Assembly (NCBI RefSeq): GCF_006345805.1
Contig: NW_021832108.1
Span: forward strand, 1-33,116
Direction of reading: 5' to 3'
Length of the DNA stretch: 33,116 nt
Source of the DNA: Octopus sinensis
Taxonomy: Eukaryota
In this document: piece by piece, positions 1-10,330 of the stretch
How the letters are laid out: each line of letters begins with the position of its first letter
Numbering within the stretch: the first letter of the stretch is position 1
The notes under the pieces: model-generated
The model's database searches: none
What the model was told of the DNA's origin: nothing
Seen by the model: only the letters and a program-made list of their open reading frames with translations
Translations under genes and position numbers: made by a program

Positions 1-203
1 CTAGCTGGCATATACAGGTGCTTACAGTTATCATATATATATACATACATATATAGCTCAAATGCATTGATATTTGCTTGCATGCTAGAAAGATGTTGGT
101 ATTTGATGTAGGAGGTGTATATGATTCTACAGTTGTATCAATATGCAATTTATGTTAGAAATGTGAATATCTATTAAACTCTAAAGTATATATTGATTTC
201 TAT

Positions 204-227
204 GAGAGAGAGAGAGAGAGAGAGAGA
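204..227. repeat. (GA)n microsatellite
   Basis: Direct reading. Confidence 0.9.
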
Positions 228-303
228 AGCAGATTTCCTTTCACTACACCAACAAATATAACAACATCAATGTAATCATAACAGAGAATTATGCTACACT
301 TAC

Positions 304-450
304 GCATATCAAATGGGTCAAGTGCACCATTTGTCCATCCTGGGTCTTGTGGTGAATCAATAAAGTCTGTCGATTTATCTGTTTCAGATTTTATATTTTC
401 AGCGGAATCAAACAGTAGAATAGAATTCATATTAGCAAAAGCTGCCATAG
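304..450 (-). CDS. Shc: Shc adaptor exon, end of CH1 region ((S)MAAFANMNSILLFDSAENIKSETDKSTDFIDSPQDPGWTNGALDPFDM)
   Basis: Acceptor ttttaattttag|CT, donor ATG C|gtaagt; 147 nt, phase 1 to phase 1, fits the upstream exon. Ends in DPFDM, resembling vertebrate Shc DLFDM just before the SH2 domain. Confidence 0.85.
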
Positions 451-536
451 CTAAAATTAAAACAAACAAGAAAAAAAAATGTTTATCTTTTTTAAAATTT
501 GTATATGAATTTGGGCGGTGTGTTGGCTGAACCATT

Positions 537-715
537 AGAGAGTTGGATACAAGGCTTTGTTGTATAATCCAGGTTCAAACCTCACTTGGGTTGATTTTTA
601 GTTTCCATGCTTCTGTATTGATAAACTGAAATCCTAGTCGAGTACTAGGATCAATTTAATTAATTACCCACCTCTAAATTTATAGGCTTGTGTTAATGTT
701 AGATATTAATATTTC
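537..715 (+). mobile_element. Degenerate SINE-like copy
   Basis: B-box-like ggttcaaa, then segments resembling the SINE body at 5245-5796. Confidence 0.35.
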
Positions 716-808
716 AATACAAATATCTAAATGTAGACTTTTTGCTCTTCAAATGATTGTATAGAGTGTAATATTACAGCAAAAATTATATAAAATAATC
801 AGTGAATG

Positions 809-1047
809 TAACCCTTTTGATACAAACTTTTGAATCACAAAAACAGAGACCCCCTCTGGTTCTGTGATACAAGCTTCTTGTTTTAAAGTGATCTAAACTA
901 AAACTTTGCATCAAAATTTCATATTCATATTCCATAAATCAGCTTAATAACAACAAAGTTATTTTCCTAAATCTAACCTCTTCATTTTCAAAATTCATTA
1001 AAACAGAGGCAGTGTATTTCAGAAGAAATATGATAATGAAAGGGTTA
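809..1047. mobile_element. MITE with TAACCCTTT/AAAGGGTTA termini, degenerate piggyBac-like TTAA type
   Basis: 9-nt inverted termini; same terminus type as 17788-18016. Confidence 0.55.
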
Positions 1048-2027
1048 GGAATAAAGACTGACATCATTTTTATATATGACATATAACACTTATATAAGTA
1101 AAATAGAAATAGTTATCAAATAATTTGATAATGGACAGAGTCAAATTGAATGCCTTATGGTATTTGTTCTGGCCTTCTGTTTCCTGAGTTCAAAATTCAC
1201 TGAGGTCAATTTCTCATTTGGGGTTATTAAATAAAATCCTAGACAAGTAGTACAGCCAGTTGTTCTCTGTCTGTCCGTCTTGGAATCAGCTACACTGTGC
1301 TGTGATGAGGATCAGTCACAGCATCCCTTTCTCCAAAAATAGTTCAGTGAGGGACTAGCAATTTCTTATAGTGAAAATTCCCATGTAAGGACAGTCTGGT
1401 GACTGAGGACAGCCTCATGTACAGCACAGAAAAAGGAAGATAAAAAGTGAATGTAAATATTTACTACTGAAGTTTATGACCAGACTAAATAATTTGATTG
1501 TTACAACACTCCAGAATATATTTGAAAAGAATTGGCTATGATTAGTAACTTTATGGATTCCTGTTCAAGTGGCACTATAGTTATTTTGTTGAATTTCACA
1601 AGATGTTTAATTCTATTATGGGATAGTAAAAGAAAAGTGGCTGTAATTGAATTAATCATCTAGCTAAAAGGAGATTTGCCTCTCATTTATATAACACTGC
1701 AGAACTCGGAGCCAAGTGCTGGCCTTATAGCAAGAAGCTTTATGCTATTCTAGGCAAAGCCAGTTACACTATCAACAAGTTTTTGAAACATGTTGTGGAG
1801 TTCCAAAGAGTACCAACAACATTTGGAGTACACCATCAAAAGAGTTTTTTCTCTGAAAGACTAAATATGTTTTAAACGTATCAAGATTATAAAAATATTA
1901 AATGTGTCTTTACATACTGGAAAGAGTTTTAAGCATGTCGTGTGATGTTCCATTTAATTTTATTTGGAGTGTGAAATTATTTATCATATATTTTGGATTT
2001 TTTGAGAGTTGACTATTTTAAACTTAA

Positions 2028-2394
2028 ACTAGCACTATGACCCGGCAATGCTGGGTCATAGTGCTAGTGCATGCATATACAGCTGCGTGCGTGTGCACAT
2101 GCACGCAAATACTGTCCAAATCTCTGACCAATCACATACAGCTAGCTGGCATTCAATTGGCGTATCAAGTTTTGGGCATTTTGATTGGGTTTTGGATAGA
2201 AAATTCACAAACAAGTCACTTCTATTGATTTTTTAATGGCTTTGTGAGGTGACTGAGGAAATGTAAAGATATGCACGACCACTCTTGGACAGTTTTGAAT
2301 GACCATAAAAATGCGAGTCCTCTAACTGAAAAATTGTGGATTTGTATAAAGGATACACACACAGACAGACATTTTGCCATTTATATATATAGAG
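2028..2394 (+). mobile_element. Probable non-autonomous Helitron/Helentron-like element
   Basis: Starts ACTAG with a perfect 16-bp hairpin (2028-2043/2053-2068). Ends acagacagacattttgccatttatatatatagag, the layout typical of DINE/Lep1-like elements. Confidence 0.45.
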
Positions 2395-2405
2395 GTATTT
2401 GAACA

Positions 2406-2570
2406 GGCACAGACATGACTATGTGGTTAAGCTGTTTGCTTCCCAACCATGAAGTTTGGGTTCAGTCTCACTGCATGTACCTTGGGCAAATATCTTCTAC
2501 TATAGTCCTGAGCCAATCTAAGCCTTTTGGGTGGATTTGGTAAATGGAAACCGAAAGAAGCACATTGTGG
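2406..2570 (+). mobile_element. tRNA-derived SINE (5' part)
   Basis: A-box-like tgactatgtgg, B-box-like gggttcagtc, then cttctactatag...gtggatttggta, shared with 15245-15641, 9405-9540 and 10065-10195. Confidence 0.7.
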
Positions 2571-2956
2571 GTTTGGAGTCTATCAAGAAAGTGTATCCAG
2601 GCTTCTTGATATGTTGCTTGATCTTTCCAAACACAATGTTGTTTGTTTCCACTTTTTCACACAAAACATGTACAGGTAAGCTGTTATTTAATAGACTAGG
2701 AGATTATTATCCCACATAGAAACAAGAGTGGTTTAATGACATGAAGGTCATTCACCCATTGATAAAAAAAACCAACAAAAAACAAAAGAACTCTGCCCTA
2801 ACATATGTCTGACCCATGCAAGCATGGAAAAGTAGATGTTAAAACATAAATAATGATGATGGTGATGATGATGATGATAGAACATGATACTGCATATCTG
2901 TCTGTGTAAATCTCTGTCTGCGACAAATGCCTCTTTTCTTCAGTAAGTCTACTTAC

Positions 2957-3080
2957 ATTTTGGTTTGTCATATAATGCATGTTCTGGTGCTTCACTCAAA
3001 TCCACAAGTAGACCTTCAGCACTGTTATTGAATTCATTATTTTTATTTTTATTTACAGTCGAATATAATCCTTCAGGAAC
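2957..3080 (-). CDS. Shc: Shc adaptor exon, CH1 region (VPEGLYSTVNKNKNNEFNNSAEGLLVDLSEAPEHALYDKPK); not in the ORF track
   Basis: Acceptor taaatttcag|GTT, donor AAA T|gtaagt; 124 nt, open frame. Phase 0 to phase 1, exactly what is needed to join exon 5974-6115 (ends phase 0) to exon 304-450 (starts phase 1). Confidence 0.85.
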
Positions 3081-4819
3081 CTGAAATTTAATTTAATAAG
3101 AAATAAGAATACAAAATCAAATGAAACAATAAAATTAAGTATTACCTAATGAAATCATTGAACTATTTCAAAACCACAAATCACAAATTCATCGGACATG
3201 GCACTGAGACTTAAAAAATGTTGATCTCTAGGACCCCGCCCCCCCCAAAAAAACCCCCAACAAACTCTGATTCTTCACATGATGCTGTCTACTTGCCTTC
3301 TGTCTCATGCTCATTGTTACACTGAAGAGTTGTCAAGTCACTGCCGTGCTGGTGAATGAGTGTTTATATATTGCTAACCTTTCCTTATCAGGGACCCTCC
3401 AATTGTCATAAGCTTGTATTTCTGTGGTCACCATGATCATGGTTGTGGATATTTGTGTGTTTGCTGAAGACTGTCATATGGTTGGTCATGAGAAAGAATG
3501 ATGTTGTATCCTTTTTAACTGAATGTAAGATCAGGCTGGCTTCAGATAAAATAAAACATATTTTGTTGATAGAAAACTGCATATAAATATGCAAATTATC
3601 ACAGATTCACTGGTTATCAGAGTAGTAAGTAGGAACAGATTTACTGTGTTGGCTTAGACATTGGCTGACTGGAAGAGAAAAATGCAGATACCATAGCTGC
3701 TGCACATAGCTTAGAGAAAAAACCGTGAAGTGTCTTGTGTGAAGGCTTGCTGCAGTCTACAATGTTTTAGGTACCAAACTGCTTGACTAGGGTAAAAGGG
3801 TGTGAGTTTCTAGAATATTTGAGAAGCAGTTCATGCCATAGTTTCAAGCTGATTGGTCAAATTATGGATCAATCACATGAAACTACAGCAGTTTGTTCAT
3901 GACCATTAACTAACAATTTCATGGTTGGGGTCCAAACCCTACAAAGTTATTTGAAGAAATTGGTAAAGAGAAAATCTGAATAGAAAACTGAAAGAAGAGA
4001 AAGACAAAAGATATTCCTTAGAAATTCGACTCATGCTGCTTCCTTTTGACAAAGCACTGAGCCAAGTTATGAGGGAGTTGGGTAAGTCTAATAACATTCA
4101 GTTGGAGGGGATCTCACTGTGTTGTGTTTCAAGAGAAAATCAGTTTGGTGAAGCCTAGCTCTCTCTAAACATTCATCAATGTTATTGTGATACATCTGTT
4201 TATAGTAGGGAGGTGTTCCTCCTTGATGCGACTACAGAGCGCATCTGTGTACAGTATTGATATGTTCCCCTTTGGTGTAGCCATAGTGGTGCAGCTGTAT
4301 ACAATAAGGAGATGTTCCATCTTGATGCAGTTGCATACAGTAATGAGTTGTTGCACCTTGATGCAGCTACAAAGGTACAACTGCACACAAAGATGGGATT
4401 TTCCACTCTTGAGATGATCCCAAATTTTTGTAACAAGATGCATTGGACCGTCTGTGTTTTGGCAATAGAAATGTGGATGAGATGATGACAAGAAACAAAT
4501 ATTTTAGCAGTCAGCAGGGAAGGAAGGACATGTTGGATAAGCCTAGTCTTAAGTATAGAACCCCACCACCCAGTTAGGATGGTCATAGCAGGATTCAAAG
4601 ATCTTGTTTAGAGATGAATTGGGGTTAAACAACAACAACAACAACAACACACTATCAACTCATGTGTAGCTCATGTGAGAGAAGTCAGGACTATTGAAGT
4701 GAACCCATATTTTACTAGTAATGATTTTAACAAATGTGAAGGGATGCCACAGGGAAGCTGGAACACAAGACAGATAAATTTTACTAAATTGTCATTCTAT
4801 GGAAACTAAACTAATATTG

Positions 4820-5030
4820 GTTTCAAATTTTAGCAGAAGATCAGCAGTTTTGGAGAAAGGGCTAAGTCAATTAAATCAACCCCTGTGTCAACTGGTACTT
4901 ATTTTACTGACCCCGAAAGAACGAAAGGCGAAGTTGGCCCTGGTAGAATTTGAACTCAGAATGTAAAGACGGACAAAAAGCTGCTAAGCCTTTCACCTAG
5001 CATGCTACTGATTCTGCCAGCTCACCACTT
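4820..5030 (-). mobile_element. SINE with 20-bp target-site duplication
   Basis: TGGAAACTAAACTAATATTG at 4800-4819 and 5031-5050. Body is homologous in reverse to the units at 5245-5796. Confidence 0.75.
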
Positions 5031-5244
5031 TGGAAACTAAACTAATATTGATTTCTTTCATAACTACAAAGTTATGTGAATGGGAATAAATTGATAATAA
5101 TGTTCATCTTCTCCCATGTGTACAAGCAATTAAGGAATGTTAATTGAAATAGGATGCTGATTCAGCCTTCTTAAAGTTTACCCCTTGTGTTCTGGTATTT
5201 ACCATCAAAACTTATGTTAAGCAAGGCAATATTTCTCATGGCCA

Positions 5245-5796
5245 AGGGTGGCAGGCTGGCAGAATTGTTAGCATGCTGTATTTCGTCTGCTGTTATGTTC
5301 TGAGTTCAAATTCTGCCGAGGTCGACTTTGCCTTTCATCCTTTTGGGGTTGATTAAATAAGTACCAGTTACACACAATCCGTTTGTCCTTGTTTGTCCCC
5401 TCTGTGTTTAGCCCCTTGTGGATAGTAAAGAAATAGGTATTTTGTCTGCCGCTATGTTCTGAGTTCAAATTCCGCCAAAGTCGACTTTGTCTTTCATCCT
5501 TCTGGGGTCGATAAATTAAGTACCAGTTATGCACTGGGGTTGATGTAATCGACTTAATCCGTTTGTCTGTCCTTGTTTGTCCCCTCTGTGTGTAGCCCCT
5601 TGTGGGTAGTAAAGAATTAGAACAAAATACCAGCAGACAAAATTCCTAAGTTCAAATTCTGCCAAGGTTGATATTACTTTTCATCCTTTCGGGGTTGATT
5701 AAATAAGTACCAGTTACGCACTGGAGTTGATTTAATCAACTTAATCTCTTTGTCTTTCGCCTCTATGTTTAGCCCCCTGTGGGCAATAAAGAAATA
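5245..5796 (+). mobile_element. SINE with one head and three tandem body units, 17-bp TSD
   Basis: AATATTTCTCATGGCCA at 5228-5244 and 5797-5813. The core gttcaaatt...tttcatcc...aagtaccagtta occurs three times; it resembles a Meta-type SINE core (from memory, unverified). Confidence 0.8.
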
Positions 5797-5973
5797 AATA
5801 TTTCTCATGGCCAGACATGTTTTCACAGAAGACTGGAAACAAACAACATCCTTCAAAGTTTCTGCTACTGCTAGCCATATGAGGGAAGCTAGTGTTTGGA
5901 AGGACAAAGGAGAAGGGTAATAATCGATAGGAGGGAAAATAAAAAGTCTATAGCAACACATTCACCAACTTAC

Positions 5974-6115
5974 ATTTGAATTACTGTTAGGCACAGAATA
6001 ATTTGGAAGAGGAGGTATCTGTGGTGGTGTTGGAGAAGGCGGCATGGCATTTGGTCGGTCATTATAATACTCTGCTTCATCTTCCCATGATTCACCATTA
6101 AACTGACCGTCTGTC
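5974..6115 (-). CDS. Shc: Shc adaptor exon, start of CH1 with YYND Grb2-type site ((W)TDGQFNGESWEDEAEYYNDRPNAMPPSPTPPQIPPLPNYSVPNSNSN)
   Basis: Acceptor catttttcag|G, donor AAT|gtaagt; 142 nt, phase 2 to phase 0. Resembles vertebrate Shc GFDGSAWDEEEE...QYYNDFPG. Confidence 0.92.
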
Positions 6116-6370
6116 CTGAAAAATGTATCAGACATTATTAGTTGATTAGTAAATACTGCAAGGACAAAGATGATGAAATGTTTAAAGGCATATTGGACAC
6201 ACCAAAAACCTATCAAAAATAGAAAGCAAGTTTAATTTTTCCTTGATTTTAGTTAACTATGTATATTTGATTCTGTTAGTTTATTCTGTTTAATATTTCA
6301 AAAAGATAATAAAAAACAATCACAAACTGCTTTTATAACCTAAATCAAAACTTAAACATAATACAAAATT

Positions 6371-6373
<3 letters not shown>

Positions 6374-6421
<48 letters not shown>
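6374..6421. repeat. (AT)n microsatellite
   Basis: Direct reading. Confidence 0.95.
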
Positions 6422-6423
<2 letters not shown>

Positions 6424-7131
6424 TAAAAAAACAAACAAGCATAGAAAATACGTATGTGGTTAAGAAGTTCACTTCGCGACCATGTGGTTCCTGGCACTTT
6501 GCTTGGACAAGAGGTAACCATTATACCTTAGGTTGACTAATGGAAGAAATTTGGTACTCTGGAACTGTGTGGAAGTTAAACTGTCCATCTGTGTGTATGT
6601 GTGTGTGATCATCAACAACATTTTATATGTTTCCCATGCTAGCATGCGTGGGACAGTTCAACAACATCAATGGGCTAGAAGACCATATCTTACTCAAATA
6701 TCCTAGCTTTGGCAAGGTTTCTGTGGCTGGACGTACAACTTAACACCAACCATTTTATACAGTGTACAGAGCATCATGGGTGCTTCTTTCCCATGGCATC
6801 ATTACTACAGAGTTTGCCATGCCATTCATCAAGATGAAAGGGTCTTCTTAAGCCCTGCATTGTTGCTGCTCAATTCTATTTACCATATATGATTAAATCT
6901 GTATCATCAGTTTTACATCTGCCTTTCATGGTGGCATGGGTTGGATGGGATTTTTTTTTGAGAGAGGGACATGTGCACACATATATATGCATACACATTA
7001 TGTATGTGTGTACATATATGTATATATATATATATATATATATGTATAAGGGTGAAAAGGAACACACGAGTTGATATATATGAAAAAACAAGTCAAAAAT
7101 AGAAAATGCTAAAATAATTTTATAGTGAACA

Positions 7132-7175
7132 TTTCAGTACCGGTTTCGGTCATTTTGAGACCTTTTCAACTGTAA
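7132..7175 (-). ncRNA. Minimal type-I hammerhead ribozyme motif, U3-A8 core variant
   Basis: ttacag-TTGAAAA-GGTC(tcaaaat)GACC-GAAA-CCGG-TA-ctgaaa; palindromic stem III ACCGGT, GUA cleavage triplet. Confidence 0.75.
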
Positions 7176-8034
7176 CGATTAAATAATTAAATTTAGAAAA
7201 ATTAGAAGAAAAGTTTTTTTAAAAGAATATTTCTATAGTAGTGTTCAGATTTAAGTGGCATTCTGCCTTTCTCTGACTCCCTTGTTTGCACTTGTGTGTT
7301 CGAGGTAGTTGTGAGTTCTTGGTAGGGTAGTAGAGGAAGAAGGCTGGTGAGGAAAGGGGGGTGGGAGAATCTGGGAGTGCCCTGATGGTCGTATTTTGAA
7401 TGGTCAGTGGCGGCTGGCAGTCTCAGTTCAATTCAGGAGAATATTTATATTGACAGGATTGTTTATAGAATTAGCTTAGGTGTTATACTAAAAAACATTA
7501 GTGACAAAGTTAAGGGGTAGGGGGTGGAGAAGTAGAAGAAGAAGGAGAAGGAGAAGATGACGATGATGGTGGTGATGATTATGATGACGATGATGATGAT
7601 AATGATGATGATGAAGAAGAAGAAGAAGAAGAAGAAGGAGGAGAAGGAGAAGATGGTGGTGATGATGGTGGTGATGATGATGACGACGATGATGATGATA
7701 ATGATGATGATGAAGAAGAAGAGGAAGAAGAAGAAGAAGAAAAAAACAGAGAAGGGAGAATATGAATGGGTGTAAGTATAGCTATGAAGGGGCTGATTAG
7801 TAATGGATTCTATGGAGTGTAGTATTTGTGTGTGTATATATTTTTCTTTTATTCTAAAGTTGAGGTATATTAATTGTTTGTCGTAGACCCGTTAAGAAGT
7901 GGCTTGTATTTTGTAATAAAGAGATTTTCTTTACTTATTCGTTGTCTCGAGGTTGTATCGTCCCTAAATTGGTAGAGGGGGAAAATTCTGAAGTTTGGTG
8001 TTTTTTTGTTGGCGCAAGTATCTATGTGTTGGCT

Positions 8035-8377
8035 GAGTTCTCCTTCAAACAGGGACAACGGTTTACAGTGAAAAGCAACTTCACATGTGCTTCGGAGAAC
8101 CTAATATACTCACTAACCTGCTCCGGGTGTCAAGAGCAGTACATAGGCCAAACAAAAAATGGCCCTGCACAGATCCCAGATAAAAATTCCCCAAAACAGA
8201 AAAATAGCTTTTAGCCAACACACAGATACTTGCGCCAACAAAAAAACACCAAACTTCAGAATTTTCCCCCTCTACCAATTTAGGGACGATACAACCTCGA
8301 GACAACGAATAAGTAAAGAAAATCTCTTTATTACAAAATACAAGCCACTTCTTAACGGGTCTACGACAAACAATTAA
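8035..8377 (+). pseudogene. PLE C-terminal GIY-YIG endonuclease fragment
   Basis: FTVKSNFTCASENLIYSLTCSGCQEQYIGQTK / MALHRSQI...H...C...F.IFPLYQ...KENLFITKYKPLLN. Frameshifting deletion between GQT and MALHR relative to element 2 (GQTSLTLRERMTVHR). Confidence 0.85.
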
Positions 8378-9062
8378 TATACCTCAACTTTAGAATAAAA
8401 GAAAAATATATACACACACAAATACTACACTCCATAGAATCCATTACTAATCAGCCCCTTCATAGCTATACTTACACCCATTCATATTCTCCCTTCTCTG
8501 TTTTTTTCTTCTTCTTCTTCTTCATCATCATCATTATCATCATCATCGTCGTCATCATCATCACCACCATCATCACCACCATCTTCTCCTTCTCCTCCTT
8601 CTTCTTCTTCTTCTTCTTCTTCTTCATCATCATCATTATCATCATCATCGTCATCATAATCATCACCACCATCATCGTCATCTTCTCCTTCTCCTTCTTC
8701 TTCTACTTCTCCACCCCCTACCCCTTAACTTTGTCACTAATGTTTTTTAGTATAACACCTAAGCTAATTCTATAAACAATCCTGTCAATATAAATATTCT
8801 CCTGAATTGAACTGAGACTGCCAGCCGCCACTGACCATTCAAAATACGACCATCAGGGCACTCCCAGATTCTCCCACCCCCCTTTCCTCATCAGCCTTCT
8901 TCCTCTACTACCCTACCAAGAACTCACAACTACCTCGAACACACAAGTGCAAACAAGGGAGTCAGAGAAAGGCAGAATGCCACTTAAATCTGAACACTAC
9001 TATAGAAATATTCTTTAAAAAAAACTTTTCTTCTAATTTTTCTAAATTTAATTATTTAATCG

Positions 9063-9106
9063 TTACAGTTGAAAAGGTCTCAAAATGACCGAAACCAGTA
9101 CTGAAA
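9063..9106 (+). ncRNA. Minimal hammerhead motif, U3-A8 core; mirror copy with broken palindrome (ACCAGT)
   Basis: ttacag-TTGAAAA-GGTC(tcaaaat)GACC-GAAA-CCAG-TA-ctgaaa. Confidence 0.7.
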
Positions 9107-9156
9107 TGTTCACTATAAAATTATTTTAGCATTTTCTATTTTTGACTTGTTTTTTC

Positions 9157-9195
<39 letters not shown>

Positions 9196-9404
9196 TAAAT
9201 GTACACATGCATATATATTTGCATAAACACATATATATATATCTACAAACACATTATTTCTTTTATTCATTCATTTTACAGCTATTTGCCACTATTCGAT
9301 TGGACTTATACTTATTTGAAGCAGTATTTTTACAGCTGGATGCTCTTCAGTATTACAAGTAAAGAGTTTTTAATCCACCATCCATAAAAGGTTTCTGCAC
9401 AGTT

Positions 9405-9540
9405 TCCATCAGCCAAATTCCACTCACAAGGTATTGGTTGACCTTGGGGCAAAAAAAAAAAAAAGACACTTGTCCAAGGTTCCACACATTGGGAGTGAAC
9501 CCAGAACCACATGGTTGCAAACTGAACTTCTTAACAACAA
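9405..9540 (-). mobile_element. tRNA-derived SINE fragment
   Basis: Reverse complement of the aaccatgtggttctgggttca...aagtgtctt...ggaatttggc layout. Confidence 0.55.
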
Positions 9541-10064
9541 AACCATATTCTAAAATGAAAATGGGTGTATGTATGCCATTCTTATAATTGCCATCTCTGT
9601 AAAACTGCCGAAGGTTAGCAGCTGGAAAGGAAGACATGCAGGAAATAAATTTCAAAAGGAATCAAGAATTTTAAGAATATTTGCTTTAGCAGTAATAGTT
9701 GAAATTGGAGAGCAAATTCTTCAATTATTGAAAACAAAGAATATAAAATTATTCAGTCATGCAGGAATAACAAATAATGCATGGCTGAGAAAAACCAGGC
9801 AACCATTTTTTATTAGCTAATTAAGAAGTTGAACATCCAACTTAATAGATGGAGAGAGAGAGAGAGAGAGAGAAAGAAAGAGAGAGAGAAAAGAAAGGTG
9901 GGTAGGGGAATTTTCACAAAGAAAATGGAAAGATGTTTCCATTAAAGCATTTAACATGCACAGGAAGCTGCAATTGAAATAGTTAATAAGCACCAAAATA
10001 ATTGATTTTGCTGAGAAAATATTCAGAGGGGGGAAAAAAAGCAAAATAAAAAAAGCAGTTATAT

Positions 10065-10195
10065 TGCATAGGCATGGGTGTGTAGTTAGAAAGTTCTCTC
10101 TGTAACCACATAGTCCTGGGTTCAATTCTACTGGACATCACCTTGTGCAAATGTTTTCTATTATAGCGTTTGGGCAGAATTGTGTAGAAACCCTT
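10065..10195 (+). mobile_element. tRNA-derived SINE fragment
   Basis: ggcatgggtgtgtagttagaaag...accacatagtcctgggttcaatt...ttctattatagc. Confidence 0.55.
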
Positions 10196-10238
10196 TATAT
10201 ATATAATATATGTATGTGTGTATGCATATATATGTATG

Positions 10239-10319
<81 letters not shown>

Positions 10320-10330
10320 GTATATATATA
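10195..10330. repeat. Compound (TA)n/(TATG) microsatellite
   Basis: Direct reading. Confidence 0.9.

Larger units (their letters stand above)
7081..9157. mobile_element. Penelope-like element 1: 5'-truncated + strand copy (8035-9157) joined to an inverted copy of its 3' part (7081-8034)
   Basis: Arms 7081-8034 and 8213-9157 are near-perfect reverse complements. The 178-nt spacer encodes the GIY-YIG N-terminal part. Both arms carry a hammerhead and end in TTTTCA next to TA repeats. Confidence 0.9.

Noticed and set aside
200-535. ORF-track ORFs 200-535, 5962-6216 and 29020-29229 as whole coding units
   Set aside because: Only the portions between splice signals are exonic; the extensions are polypyrimidine tract or intron read-through.
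4165-4598. Overlapping ORFs with a thrice-recurring tgtt..c..cttgatgc motif
   Set aside because: No recognisable protein or splice-compatible exon; probably an old repeat remnant.
7557-8681. Poly-Met/poly-Lys ORFs 7557-7775(+) and 8472-8681(-)
   Set aside because: Translations of the (GAT)n(GAA)n block in the PLE 3' UTR, antisense to the element.
9569-9820. 83-aa plus-strand ORF
   Set aside because: No recognisable motif or convincing splice sites; length is within chance expectation.
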